DNA from: Planctomycetales bacterium
GTDB lineage: Bacteria; 4484-113
Reading direction: 5' to 3'
DNA length: 64,000 nucleotides
Assembly: GCA_037441675.1 (NCBI GenBank)
Contig: JBBIRS010000002.1
Location: 306,894 to 370,893, forward strand
The translations under genes and the position numbers were made by a program. The notes beneath the pieces are model-generated. The model worked only from the letters and a program-made list of their open reading frames with translations, had not been told where the DNA came from and ran no database searches. Each line of letters begins with the position of its first letter. Position 1 is the stretch's first letter. Shown piece by piece: positions 10,801 through 21,328 of this stretch.

Positions 10801-11733
10801 TTGAGGATCCTCCTTACAGGTGGTGCAGGTTTCATAGGCTCACATATTACGGACGCCTATTTACGAGAAGGACATAGCGTAGCGGTTATTGACGATCTTA
10901 CCAGCGGTAGCCTTGAGAATCTTAATCCACAAGCGAGCTTCTTCAAAGTAGATATAAGATCCGAAGATGTCAAAGAGATATTTGAAAAGGTAAAACCGGA
11001 AGTGGTCAATCACCACGCGGCGTTCATAAGTGTTAGAAATTCCTTCGAACAACCCTATGAAACTTGTGATGTTAATGTTCTTGGAACGTTGAACTTATTA
11101 GAGTTATCTGTAAAGAATAACGTTAAACATTTCATATTCGCCTCCACAGGTGGTGCCCTTTATGGCGATGCAGAAGAGATTCCTACTAGTGAAGATGCGC
11201 CTCTTAAGCCTCTATCGCCCTATGCTCTTACTAAAGTAGTCGCTGAGGATAATATAAGGCTTTTCTACCAAAGATATTCGCTTCCATACACGATTCTCCG
11301 CTATGGTAATGTATATGGTCCCAGACAGGATCCACACGGCGAAGCAGGGGTTGTAGCAATTTTCATTGGTAAACTCCTCAGAGGCGAATGCCTTCCTGTA
11401 AATGGTGATGGCAATCAAACAAGAGACTTTATATATGTTGATGACATTGTTAGGGCGAATCTGGCAATACTTACCTCTCCAAAGATGGAATGCTACAACC
11501 TGGGAACTTCTAAAGAGACAAGTGTGAATCAGATTATTGACGCCCTAGGGGAGGTTACGGAGAATAGAGTAGAAAGAATCTATCGCGAACCAGTCCAAGG
11601 TGAAGTAAGGAGGTCAGCCTTGTCAAGTAAGAAAGCCCTTCAAGACTTCAAATGGTTTGCAGAGACAGAGATTAGGGAAGGGCTAAGACGAACATATGCC
11701 TGGTTCAAAAATCGTAATGAGAATAAAAAATAG
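10801..11733 (+). CDS. NAD-dependent epimerase/dehydratase (GalE-like)
   Basis: GGAGFIGS, YALTK (YxxxK) and RYGNVYGPRQ motifs. Confidence 0.92.
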   Translation: MRILLTGGAGFIGSHITDAYLREGHSVAVIDDLTSGSLENLNPQASFFKVDIRSEDVKEIFEKVKPEVVNHHAAFISVRNSFEQPYETCDVNVLGTLNLLELSVKNNVKHFIFASTGGALYGDAEEIPTSEDAPLKPLSPYALTKVVAEDNIRLFYQRYSLPYTILRYGNVYGPRQDPHGEAGVVAIFIGKLLRGECLPVNGDGNQTRDFIYVDDIVRANLAILTSPKMECYNLGTSKETSVNQIIDALGEVTENRVERIYREPVQGEVRRSALSSKKALQDFKWFAETEIREGLRRTYAWFKNRNENKK

Positions 11734-11810
11734 CAACTATAATCCCACTCACTAGATTAAGCAGGCTTACATTGATGGAAATATTCTCTTAAAAGCAGAG
11801 ATATCGCAGG

Positions 11811-12183
11811 TGGTGGAGGTGGGGGGAGTCGAACCCCCGTCCCGGGAAGCTTTCGGATTAGTCTCTACGGTGATAGCTCACGATTTTTGCCTAACAAAAT
11901 AGGCTCTTTCGCAAACTAAACGGTCCGTGAGCCAACGTTATAGTTTGCGGCAAGCCTTAATGTCCCCACGGAACAGCCACCTCCGTAGGCAAGTCCGCTT
12001 CTTTGCCCCAAACGTCCGCCACGGACACTCGGACGCTGAGGTGTCGCCACTTTCTTAGGCGACAGCGAGTTCAAAATTGTTGGCGCTTGATAGCGTCCCC
12101 ACTGACTTTTTTGGTGGTCTCGTGGGCTTCCACCCACCGCAACCGCTCCGTCAACTCTTCCGGTCAAAACCAAACCCACCCCC
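11811..12183 (-). ncRNA. ssrA: tmRNA; tag peptide (A)NNFELAVA* at 12084-12055
   Basis: 5' GGGGGUG pairs with 3' CACCUCC-ACCA including the G3.U wobble; T-arm GGGGGUUCGACUCCCCC; internal ORF GCC AAC AAT TTT GAA CTC GCT GTC GCC TAA. Confidence 0.95.
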
Positions 12184-12278
12184 ATTTCAATGTGCACTGA
12201 GGAAGACAATCCTCATTAATATTATACCTAATCTAATGCCAATTAGGCTCTATTGCAAAATTTTAATCAACCCAATGA

Positions 12279-13451
12279 TTATTCCTTCAAGTTCTGCAGT
12301 CTTTCACATAAAAAACCAACTATTCGCTCTGCTGCCCTTCCGTCGCCGAAAGGGTTGTCCGCGTTTCGTGGAGGAATATGCCCTGCCCGAACTTGCTCAA
12401 GATTTTGTGATAATTCAGCCTCTATTCTTTCTGAATCTGTTCCTATTACTTTTACAAAACCTGCGTTAACTGCCTCAGGGCGCTCAGTTTCTTTTCTTAA
12501 GACTAGAGTGAATTTCTTTAACCCACAAGCTTCTTCCTGAATGCCACCAGAATCCGTAACAACGAGTGCAGACCTATCCATCAAGTTTACAAAGGACACG
12601 TAATCAGGCGCAGGAATGAGTAAGACATTTGGCAAGTCATCAAATGTTGATCCTAAGCCATCTTTAAGAGTTGGATTGGGATGTAAAGCATATATCATCC
12701 CAGTCATTCTGTGCTCTTCAGCAAATTTCCTAAGACCAGCCTTAATCCTATTTAAGGGTTCACCCCAATTTTCTCTACGATGGGTGGTAACTGTTATAAA
12801 CTCAGGATGTTTTTTGATGAAATGCTTAATCTTAGCATCAAACTCAAAAGGCATTCCTCTTGCCAGATTTAATGCATCAACCACCGTATTTCCAGAAACA
12901 ATAATATTATCCGCCTCGAAATGCTCCTTTAATAGATTATTCCTCGCACCGTCGGTTGGGCAGAAGTGGTAGTCAGAAAGCTGGTCAATTAATCTTCTGT
13001 TAATCTCTTCTGGGTAAGGGATTAACCTGTCAGAAGTCCTAAGACCTGCTTCAACGTGTCCAACTGGAACTTTGTTGTAGAAACCAGCTAGCGCTCCTGT
13101 GAGTGCAGTGGTAGTATCTCCTTGTACTAGTATGCAGTCAGGGCTTTCAGAACGAATAATCTCCCCAAGGCGAGCAAGCGCGTTTGTAACTATTTGGTCA
13201 AGATGCTGACCTTCTTCCATTATATTCAGATCGTGAGCGGGCTTTACGTTGAATAGGGCTAAAACCTGATCAAGTAATTCTCTATGCTGACCTGTAACTA
13301 TAAGTTGGTGGTTGAAGAGCTTTCTCCCCTGAGAAGAATTTTTGCCAGTTTGGTTGGGAAACCTTTGTGCATTTTCCAAAGCATAAATTACTGGAACCAT
13401 TTTTATGGCTTCTGGACGAGTGCCGATAATTGACATCACCTTAATAGTCAC
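12279..13451 (-). CDS. wecB: UDP-N-acetylglucosamine 2-epimerase
   Basis: GTRPEAIK, TGQH, QGDTTT, HVEAGLR and DSGGIQEEA motifs. Confidence 0.96.
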   Translation of the reverse strand: MTIKVMSIIGTRPEAIKMVPVIYALENAQRFPNQTGKNSSQGRKLFNHQLIVTGQHRELLDQVLALFNVKPAHDLNIMEEGQHLDQIVTNALARLGEIIRSESPDCILVQGDTTTALTGALAGFYNKVPVGHVEAGLRTSDRLIPYPEEINRRLIDQLSDYHFCPTDGARNNLLKEHFEADNIIVSGNTVVDALNLARGMPFEFDAKIKHFIKKHPEFITVTTHRRENWGEPLNRIKAGLRKFAEEHRMTGMIYALHPNPTLKDGLGSTFDDLPNVLLIPAPDYVSFVNLMDRSALVVTDSGGIQEEACGLKKFTLVLRKETERPEAVNAGFVKVIGTDSERIEAELSQNLEQVRAGHIPPRNADNPFGDGRAAERIVGFLCERLQNLKE

Positions 13452-13520
13452 AGACCTGAGTATAACAGAATGTGAAGATGGAGAATAAATTCATTCTTAT
13501 CTGAATTTATCTAATTCAAT

Positions 13521-14294
13521 TCAAAAGAGCTTAAAGACGATTGTATAGCCTATAGTAATGCGGAAATCCTCCGCTGAAGGGTTTAATCCCCAGATTCCTG
13601 CCATATCCCAGAACCCCTTATCTCCTTGCTTGGAGCGCAAACCGAGAAGAATGAAGTTCTGCGTCGGCTGGCGAGAGCTGTTTGTATGTCCGTTAAATTC
13701 AATGAGAAAGTTAGATTTTTCGTTTAAGGCTGTTTCCGCAGAGATGCCGTATTGAAAGATGTCATCCTGCCCTATAGACTGTGATGTCTTTTCCAGAATG
13801 CCAAGCCCAATATTGGCTGTCAGACGCGTCTTGCCAAACTTTCCCGTGAGCATTCCACGCCCATAAAAATCCGTAGTATCTGGGCCAAGACCCTTTCTTG
13901 TGTCTTGGGAAGGTAGCTTAACGCCAAATCCAAGAGCTATCTGCGGTAAAGAGCCTTCTCCATTGTGAACCTGAATCTTCGTCGCAAGGATAAGAGTCTC
14001 CACATCATAACCCATTTCCTTTCCATCCTCTATTGATTCCCCGAGATTAAAGAGAACAATAGATTCAGCTATGCCTCCAAGCCCGATTTTCCAATATATC
14101 GCTGGAAGGCGAAATTGGTTCACCTTAGAGTTCACTATCGCATAATCTCCCCCAAGCCTCAATTCCGAAATTCCCTGGGGAAGAATTTCTGCTTCCTCGC
14201 TCCATAGAGGAGGCTGGGCGAAGGCTACCCGAAGCACATTTAGAAGAAAAACAAGAACTAGTATCGGAAGAAGGAAATAATCCACTAGCTTCAT
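13521..14294 (-). CDS. Probable outer-membrane beta-barrel protein
   Basis: Signal peptide; alternating amphipathic strands; GLGPDTTD loop; C-terminal aromatic strand ending in F. Confidence 0.6.
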   Translation of the reverse strand: MKLVDYFLLPILVLVFLLNVLRVAFAQPPLWSEEAEILPQGISELRLGGDYAIVNSKVNQFRLPAIYWKIGLGGIAESIVLFNLGESIEDGKEMGYDVETLILATKIQVHNGEGSLPQIALGFGVKLPSQDTRKGLGPDTTDFYGRGMLTGKFGKTRLTANIGLGILEKTSQSIGQDDIFQYGISAETALNEKSNFLIEFNGHTNSSRQPTQNFILLGLRSKQGDKGFWDMAGIWGLNPSAEDFRITIGYTIVFKLF

Positions 14295-14411
14295 AGATGG
14301 CTATTATACATTTACATAGTTTCATTAGCTTCTCCTGATCGATAGAAACTAGAGAATACCCTTTAGTCCTTTTCTCTGAGCGTCGATTCGGTTTCTTGAT
14401 AAAATCAAAGG

Positions 14412-15257
14412 GTGCAAATTTGGGATGACCTAATTTTACTCGCCTTAAGAGAAGATATTGAGTGCGGCGACATAACCACGCTTGCGCTTTTTTCTGAGGA
14501 GCACAGGTGTCAAGGCAGCCTACTCGCAAAAGGTGTGGGAGTCGTTTCCGGAATGGATTTGTTTCAGCGGGTGTTTCAGCTCTTGGATGTTACCGCTACG
14601 ATTGATGTAATCAAGCCCGATGCCTCTCAAGTTAAGGTGGGTGACGAAATCGCAAGAGTTGCTGGAAAGACGCAGGCGATTCTCGCCGGGGAGCGTGTCG
14701 CGCTAAACTTCCTGATGAGGATGAGCGGAATCGCAACTGCAACTTATAACCTGCAGGAAAGGCTTAAAGATAAGGGGCTTCCCATAAAAATTGCCGACAC
14801 ACGCAAGACGACACCCCTTTGGCGATACTGGGAAAAGAAGGCTGTGCGAGATGGGGGAGGAATGAACCATAGGACGGGGCTTTCTGATTCCTTCTTGATT
14901 AAAGATAACCACATCAAGCTTGCAAATGGTTCTGATGCGGCAGTCAGGAAGGTTCTATCACAACTTCGCCATATAGATACATTGGAAGTTGAGGTAACGG
15001 ATATTTCTCAAATAGAACCGCTTCTGAGGCTTGGTGTCCAAACGATCCTCTTGGATAATATGACACCTGATGACGTAAGGCAAGCGGTTAAGCTTATTGC
15101 AGGTAGAGCAAGGGTTGAGGTATCAGGTGGAATTACTCCTGAAAACATTGACGAGTATGCAATACCCGGTATACACGTTATCAGCAGTGGTTGGCTAACT
15201 CAATCGGCTCCTGCATTGAACTTTTCTCTTGAAATAACTAAGGAGGGTAATATCTAG
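14412..15257 (+). CDS. nadC: Nicotinate-nucleotide diphosphorylase (quinolinate phosphoribosyltransferase)
   Basis: ER.ALNF, DTRKTTP, IKDNH, LLDNM and SGGIT motifs. Confidence 0.96.
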   Translation: MQIWDDLILLALREDIECGDITTLALFSEEHRCQGSLLAKGVGVVSGMDLFQRVFQLLDVTATIDVIKPDASQVKVGDEIARVAGKTQAILAGERVALNFLMRMSGIATATYNLQERLKDKGLPIKIADTRKTTPLWRYWEKKAVRDGGGMNHRTGLSDSFLIKDNHIKLANGSDAAVRKVLSQLRHIDTLEVEVTDISQIEPLLRLGVQTILLDNMTPDDVRQAVKLIAGRARVEVSGGITPENIDEYAIPGIHVISSGWLTQSAPALNFSLEITKEGNI

Positions 15258-16034
15258 GTGCTTCTAGCTTGCGATATTGGCAACACTAATATTGTTATCG
15301 GAGTATGGAAGGATCAGAACCTTGTGGCAAGGTTTCGTGTCCACACCAGGGTGGATGCAACAAGTGATGAATACATCGCTACCATTTCCAACCTTCTCTC
15401 AGCTATACAGCTACCTTTAGAGAAATTTGATGGATGCGTTTTGAGCAGTGTAGTTCCACCACTTACCTCTGAACTGGTAAGCGCCCTCAAAAAAATTTCG
15501 CAGGTAGACGTTTTTGTCATATCACCTGGTATTAAAACTGGGCTTAACATCCTTTATGATGACCCGCGAGAAGTGGGCGCTGACAGAATTGTTAATTCCG
15601 TTGCAGCTATCTCAATTGAAAAGCCTCCCTTGATAGTTGTAGATTTTGGAACCGCTACTACCTTTGATTTGATTACTCCGCCGGCTAATTACGTGGGAGG
15701 TGCAATTGCGCCTGGGCTCTTTATTTCCATGGAAGCCCTCATCAATAGAACCGCTAAATTACCAAAGGTGGAAATGTTTATTCCAGCTAGTGCCATTGGA
15801 GATAACACGGAAGATGCCATCAGAAGTGGTGTTATCTTAGGGCATAGCGTTATGGCTGATGGAATCATTGAACGGATAGAAAAGGAACGAAATATTCAGA
15901 CTCGAGTAATAGCCACAGGGGGATTTGCAGAGCTAATTAAGAGCACCTCTAAAAGGATTGATAGGGTTGAACCAAATTTGACACTTCTCGGCCTAAAGAT
16001 ACTTTGGGAGAAAAACAAGATAACAAAATTATGA
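15258..16034 (+). CDS. coaX: Type III pantothenate kinase
   Basis: DIGNTN, SSVVP, VGADR, DFGTATT and ATGG motifs. Confidence 0.96.
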   Translation: MLLACDIGNTNIVIGVWKDQNLVARFRVHTRVDATSDEYIATISNLLSAIQLPLEKFDGCVLSSVVPPLTSELVSALKKISQVDVFVISPGIKTGLNILYDDPREVGADRIVNSVAAISIEKPPLIVVDFGTATTFDLITPPANYVGGAIAPGLFISMEALINRTAKLPKVEMFIPASAIGDNTEDAIRSGVILGHSVMADGIIERIEKERNIQTRVIATGGFAELIKSTSKRIDRVEPNLTLLGLKILWEKNKITKL

Positions 16035-16084
16035 TACAAGTAAAGAATAGTGCTTAAGGTAACCATTATTCAAAGGGAGAATCT

Positions 16085-16342
16085 ATGTTAGCTACCACTG
16101 AGTTTGAATTTAACCGGATAAATATAAATAAGTATGGAGAGATTTTCTTTGATGTAGACGGAAGTTACACTGATATGAGCGGTTTTATTATTGCGAGATT
16201 ACTAGGAGAATTAGGCTTAATTGAGTATATAGACGAAGACAATCATGCGGATGGCAGTGAGTATGATGGCAAATACAGAAGGATTAGGTTAACCGCTGAA
16301 GTCGTTGAAGAAAGAGAAACTTTCGAATCAGGTAAAATGTGA
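16085..16342 (+). CDS. Hypothetical acidic protein
   Basis: 85-aa ORF with GGGAGA SD; no recognisable motif. Confidence 0.55.
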   Translation: MLATTEFEFNRININKYGEIFFDVDGSYTDMSGFIIARLLGELGLIEYIDEDNHADGSEYDGKYRRIRLTAEVVEERETFESGKM

Positions 16343-16472
16343 AGTCTATTAATTAGACTAAAGTATTATAGGTAAATATCCGTAAGCCTGACATATCAAA
16401 AAATGTTCTGCCAGCTCTTCAATTAGTAAATCGGAAATAAAGAACAATTGACGGTTCTTTCTCGTAAAGATT

Positions 16473-17150
16473 TACTCTTTGAAGATGCTAACCTTCTCAG
16501 GTTCTTCTAGTTTCATTGGAGAGGTCTCTTTGAGATAATCTTCCAGACGTACATTCAATGGAAGTCTCAAAACAAAAATCTACACTACTCTGCCACTATA
16601 GAGAACGAAGGCAAGGTAATCCTTAGCACTCTGATATACGTATTGAGCGCATACCTTTCTGCCAAGCGAAATGGGGAATCACTTTATATTTAGCTTGGAC
16701 ATCTGACTTAGTAGAGCCAGGTGTTATTCCTTTCTTAGTCTTTATGCCTGGAGCAATCTTTGGAAATTCTAAGGCAAATTTCTCAAGCTTCTCCTTGCTT
16801 AGAATCTCAGCAAAGTATTTTTTTTCTCAATTGATTCTCCTAGAGCGTAACGGGAGCGAGCGTATACCCTGTTTCTCAAAATAATCTTGTCAATTCTCTT
16901 ATCCAAATCTATATCAGTAACTGTAGAACAAATTCCAGTTTCTCATCAGTAATTGTAGCGAAGCCTCACCACCACCGGAGGCACGTGCTGCAGGATAAAT
17001 CTTTCTCAAGATTGGAACATTCTCATAGAATTGATCAATTCCCAAACCCAACTTAATCCCCAGGCCAAAATCCTCATCCGAGTATTCGGAACGAGCACAT
17101 TTGATTAATTGCAAAGCTAGAATAAGTAGTAGATAATTCCCAACCCTCAT
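16473..17150 (-). pseudogene. Decayed exported-protein gene (several frameshifts and a nonsense codon)
   Basis: A signal-peptide-like start is followed by coding-like segments in changing frames (DIDLDKRIDKIIL; YFAEILSKEKLEKF...GITPGSTKSDVQAKY; DYLAFVLYSGRVV*IFVLRLP...KE*); one shift falls at an A8 run (16818-16825). Confidence 0.55.
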
Positions 17151-17250
17151 ACTTTCTTTATTTTACAACCTTTAAGACATCGGGGGACAGGAAAATTTAG
17201 GACGAGAATAATTCCTTAGCCATGAGGATAAGGGGCAGGAGTGAGATATA

Positions 17251-17324
17251 TGGGTCGTCCTGGACTCGAACCAGGGACCTCGTCCTTATCAGGGACGCGC
17301 TCTAACCACCTGAGCTAACGACCC
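17251..17324 (-). tRNA. tRNA-Ile(GAU), CCA not encoded
   Basis: GGGTCGTTAGCTCAGGTGGTTAGAGCGCGTCCCTGATAAGGACGAGGTCCCTGGTTCGAGTCCAGGACGACCCA folds into a cloverleaf with anticodon GAT. Confidence 0.97.
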
Positions 17325-17333
17325 CACAATTAA

Positions 17334-17362
17334 AATATACCCCTAGTGTTTCCTAATGTCAA
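17334..17362 (-). promoter_or_regulatory. Sigma70 promoter of tRNA-Ile
   Basis: TTGACA-N17-TATATT just upstream of the tRNA 5' end. Confidence 0.7.
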
Positions 17363-17660
17363 CGCTAAGCATCTCCCATTAAGGAAAACACAAAACATTA
17401 GAAGAAGGGATTTGTAGAGTAGCCATCAGGCTATTCTCAAGTTAGGACTTACTCTGAAGCGTACTTATTTCAGCCTAGATGCGAGTAGATGGGAACGGGA
17501 ATACGCCTGCATTTTCAAAGTATCTTGCCACCCGAAAGTACCTTCCGAGAATGTAAGCATTTGCAACTGGAAAGGAGATAAAACGCCAGCTAACTCTTCC
17601 GTCATAAAGACCTAAACTTTTAGTCGTCCCATTCCATTAAAAGTTCTTATAATGATATCC

Positions 17661-18572
17661 GTGCTTGTCTACCGCTATAAGTGTCCCGCGAAGATAAATC
17701 TTTCACTCTCAATCTTGAAGCGTGATGAGGCGAGTGGTCTTCATTTTCTAGATTCAGTGATTGCAAAGATTGACCTTTACGATGAGCTTAAGCTAATGGT
17801 GAGCCAAAGGAGTGGGCTTACACTCAAAATTTTTAAGGAGGTAACAGATCCCATAGGAACTGAAGCCCTAGAGAAGGAGAACACGATTCTAAAGGCGTAT
17901 AACAAGCTAAATGAGGAACTTGACTATCCGCTTCCTGGGTTGAGCGTGGAGCTTAGAAAAAGAATTCCCGTAGGAACTGGACTTGGTGGCGCTAGTAGTG
18001 ACGCCGCAGGATTCATAAAGCTCATTTACTTTCTTGCAAAGAAAACTAGTGCCCTTCCAGAAAAAGTGTCTACCGCTATTACAAACTTAGATTCAAGGAA
18101 AATTGAAAAGATAGCGTTTGAAGTCGGAGCAGATGTTCCCGCACTCTTGAAGGATGGGACGGTGAGAATTCGTGGATTTGGAGAAATGGTAGAAAAAGTA
18201 TCATTTCCAGGACTAAAGGAGTATCGTGTAGTTCTAGCAGTGCCCAAGATACGGTTCTCCACTGAAGAAATGTATAAAAACCTGCAATCTTTCTCTGGCT
18301 TCAATTGTACGGTTGACTTTATAGAGAACTGGGGTGGGCAAGGCATTGAGCAAGCCTTTATGGTCGCAAGAAATGATTTTGAGGAGATTGCTTTTTCTAA
18401 GTCGGCCGAAGTAAAAAGCATAGTGAATTTTCTTAAAAGTGCGGAATTTCCATTCGTCAGTCTAACCGGAAGTGGAAGCGCCGTGTATGCACTAGAGAAG
18501 CAACAGAATCCTTTACCAGTTGCTTTCCTGCCAAGTGGGGAACCTTTAACTAGACATAACTTTATAATTTAA
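17661..18572 (+). CDS. ispE: 4-diphosphocytidyl-2-C-methyl-D-erythritol kinase
   Basis: PAKINL, IPVGTGLGGASSDAA, GADVP, RNDFE and LTGSGS motifs; the GTG at 17661 lies 7 nt after TATAAT and is preferred over the ATG at 17652. Confidence 0.93.
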   Translation: MLVYRYKCPAKINLSLSILKRDEASGLHFLDSVIAKIDLYDELKLMVSQRSGLTLKIFKEVTDPIGTEALEKENTILKAYNKLNEELDYPLPGLSVELRKRIPVGTGLGGASSDAAGFIKLIYFLAKKTSALPEKVSTAITNLDSRKIEKIAFEVGADVPALLKDGTVRIRGFGEMVEKVSFPGLKEYRVVLAVPKIRFSTEEMYKNLQSFSGFNCTVDFIENWGGQGIEQAFMVARNDFEEIAFSKSAEVKSIVNFLKSAEFPFVSLTGSGSAVYALEKQQNPLPVAFLPSGEPLTRHNFII

Positions 18573-18601
18573 GAATATTTAACTAATTTATCGTAAATCA
18601 C

Positions 18602-19171
18602 CTATTTTTGCTTCGATACATCTGCCCGTCGCAATATCTCTTCAACCCAGTGCTTCATCATTTTGATACCGCCGTATATGACGAGCCCGGTCCCTATTGG
18701 TAGTTCCTTTCTTCCCCATATTAGCTGAATATAATTTGCGCCAATATACTTCCCGTAAAATAGACCTCTTCTTATCTCAACGTTTTGAATAATTGCATAA
18801 GGAATAAGAACCGAACTCCTTCCTAGATAAGGCTTGAATATGAGAGTTTCGGAGGCGAGCCATACGTGCCCCATACCCTTAGTTGAATGCCCTTTGCCAA
18901 GCAAGCAAATGGGCAGTCCTAAATATCTTGCGTTCTTAATATAGCTACCACCGAAGTATGCTCGAGTTTTTCCGAATGCTGAATCATTGGGAGCTTCAGG
19001 CTTAGGTAGATAGTCGGGTAAGGCAAATCTCGATAAACGGAAGCTCTGGCGCAGGTAATAAAATAAAAACAAAACAATAATACTCAAAAGTAAGAAAGCT
19101 ACAGCAATGCTAATCAAGTCCTCTGCCTGTTCATCTTTGAGAGTAACTAGTAAATTAAGCGAATCGTTCAT
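18602..19171 (-). CDS. Hypothetical protein with N-terminal TM anchor and possible PH-like fold
   Basis: 189-aa ORF with one TM segment; GGGAG SD. Confidence 0.6.
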   Translation of the reverse strand: MNDSLNLLVTLKDEQAEDLISIAVAFLLLSIIVLFLFYYLRQSFRLSRFALPDYLPKPEAPNDSAFGKTRAYFGGSYIKNARYLGLPICLLGKGHSTKGMGHVWLASETLIFKPYLGRSSVLIPYAIIQNVEIRRGLFYGKYIGANYIQLIWGRKELPIGTGLVIYGGIKMMKHWVEEILRRADVSKQK

Positions 19172-19283
19172 TCAAAAACTCGCTCCCCATCAAATATGGA
19201 TAACAGAACTATGATCCTAAATCTTTCATAATGCTTCCTCAACTATAACATATAAGCAATGATTAGACCGTTATAATAGCTAC

Positions 19284-20051
19284 GTGGAACGAATTATTCT
19301 ATGGACGAGTAGAGTTGAGAAGATACTGATTAGACATTTTGCAAATCCACTTCTCTGGATAGTTTTACTCACTGGGATATTTATTGAGTACCGCCTTTCA
19401 ACAGTTGGAAATAGCCCAAAGATAACTGAAGGTGTGTTACTTGCACGGTATTCCATCGTCATCGAAATTGTATTAGTCTTATCCTGCTTGACTTTCTTTG
19501 CTTGGGAAGCATTCAAGAGAGCTAGCCTATCATATGGATACAAGGCATCTGAATACAAATCCTGCAGATTAAATGAAGAGTCCATCCTGCAAACTTGGCT
19601 AGCTTCTGTATTAATCCTATTTCTGGTTGCACTGTGTCTCATCCTGACTATGAGCATCTTGAATTTCCAATACATCGTTACAATCCTTCAGAGAACATTT
19701 TTCTTATTGCTCACAGTCGTATGCATACCAACGGTGTATTTACTTCTCAAGCAAAAAGATAAGAACGGTTTTTGGTCAATTATGGCTATTTCCGGTTCCA
19801 TAATTTTTTACCTAGCACTATCAATTCTTATAACTTGGCTCTCATCAAGGGGAGACGAGAACGCGTTTTTTGCGAGATTGAATGATGTTTACTTCTGGAA
19901 TAATAAATTCCCAAATCTTGCTAGAAGTGAGCTTTGGCTCACCATTTATATGCCTTGGTTTCTTTGGTATCTTGTAATGTACCTCTTCTTAGATTTTTTA
20001 CTTTTCGTGTTACTAGTATTAAAAGAACGATTAAATTTCAGGAGGGATTAG
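19284..20051 (+). CDS. Hypothetical polytopic membrane protein
   Basis: About 6 hydrophobic segments; TATAAT 6 nt before the GTG start. Confidence 0.7.
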   Translation: MERIILWTSRVEKILIRHFANPLLWIVLLTGIFIEYRLSTVGNSPKITEGVLLARYSIVIEIVLVLSCLTFFAWEAFKRASLSYGYKASEYKSCRLNEESILQTWLASVLILFLVALCLILTMSILNFQYIVTILQRTFFLLLTVVCIPTVYLLLKQKDKNGFWSIMAISGSIIFYLALSILITWLSSRGDENAFFARLNDVYFWNNKFPNLARSELWLTIYMPWFLWYLVMYLFLDFLLFVLLVLKERLNFRRD

Positions 20052-20440
20052 TGATAGTAGGAATTGGCGTTGACATCATAAAGGTTTCAAGGATAAAGGA
20101 GAAAGTTGGAAGTAACTTTGATATGCCATTCGCCAGAAAAGCTTACACACCTCAAGAGATAGAATATGCGAAGGCTAAAGGCGTTCAGGCGTATCAGAGC
20201 TTTGCAGGATTTTTCGCAGCTCGTGAAGCATTCTTCAAAGCAACCCAAGTCCGTCTAGGTTGGCAGGATATTTTCGTTGACCATGAGGAGAATGGCAAGC
20301 CATTCTTTAGGTTTAGCGATAGAGGTTACTTAAAACTAATAGAAAATCATAGAGACCCTTCATTCTTTCAATTTCACTTAAGTATCACCCATGAGAAGGA
20401 GTACGCTGTGGGCGTAGTAATTTGCGAAGAGAGAGCTTAA
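20051..20440 (+). CDS. acpS: Holo-ACP synthase
   Basis: GIGVDI, AGFFAAREAFFKA, GKPF and LSITHE motifs; GTG start at 20051 after AGGAGG. Confidence 0.92.
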   Translation: MIVGIGVDIIKVSRIKEKVGSNFDMPFARKAYTPQEIEYAKAKGVQAYQSFAGFFAAREAFFKATQVRLGWQDIFVDHEENGKPFFRFSDRGYLKLIENHRDPSFFQFHLSITHEKEYAVGVVICEERA

Positions 20441-20554
20441 GCGGAAAGAGAAGATGAAATTAGTGAAACTAAACTCCTTTGACCGTGAAGCTTGTCTTCA
20501 CTGCAACATCCGGCGGATAATTCTCATAAAGCCAACTTGAATATCTAGGATAAA

Positions 20555-21106
20555 TCAAAGTTTGGGGTGAGTAATTTTCTTCTGAGCTTGATACTTACCC
20601 TTCTTATCCGCGTAGGAAAATTCTGGTTCCGTATCACATTCAAAGAACAGAACTTGTGCGATTCCCTCAAAGGCATAAATTCTTGTAGGAAAAGGCGAAA
20701 TATTACTAATCGCAATAGTTATATAGCCTTCCCATTCTGGTTCAAGTGGAGTAATGTTTGCGAGGATACCACAACGGGCATATGTACTCTTGCCCACACA
20801 CAGCGCTATCACATTTCTTGGAATTCGGAAGTATTCAAAAGAACGAGCTAAAGAGAATGAATTAGGCGGAATAATGCAACTCTCACTACGAAAAGTCGTA
20901 AAACTTTTCTTACCCAAACTCTTCGGATCAATTATCCCCCCCTCTACATATGAAAGTACTCTGAACTCATCCGCAATCCTAACGTCATATCCAAAACTAC
21001 TTAACCCAAATGAGATGGCCCCATCGCTAACTTGCTTTTCTTCAAAAGGCTCAATCATTCCCCTCTCAATTGCCATTTTTCTAATCCAAGAGTCAGGCTT
21101 TATCAC
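20555..21106 (-). CDS. dcd: dCTP deaminase
   Basis: [26 protein letters not shown] and GKYQ motifs. Confidence 0.96.
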   Translation of the reverse strand: MIKPDSWIRKMAIERGMIEPFEEKQVSDGAISFGLSSFGYDVRIADEFRVLSYVEGGIIDPKSLGKKSFTTFRSESCIIPPNSFSLARSFEYFRIPRNVIALCVGKSTYARCGILANITPLEPEWEGYITIAISNISPFPTRIYAFEGIAQVLFFECDTEPEFSYADKKGKYQAQKKITHPKL

Positions 21107-21328
21107 TTCTTGCTCCTTTATAAAGCTATAAAAGTAGGCAAAATATCTTACACTCTACATACAATTAAATCTCTTTAAACACTTGACTTCCAAAAATTTG
21201 TGTTTTTATTCCTAGCCAAGCAGATTGAAATGATAGAGATTAATGAACTCTTTTATCTATGGCAAATTGTAAACGTTTATCCCTTTAATTTGAGAGGATA
21301 ATCATTTGAACAAGCTATTTTTCACGTT

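Noticed and set aside
11734..11830. Island integrated at the tmRNA 3' end
   Set aside because: No integrase or duplicated 3' end was seen; the flanking genes are ordinary envelope-biosynthesis genes.
11916..12469. ORFs 11916-12209, 12003-12200 and 12077-12469
   Set aside because: They overlap the tmRNA or wecB and have no protein motifs; treated as shadow ORFs.
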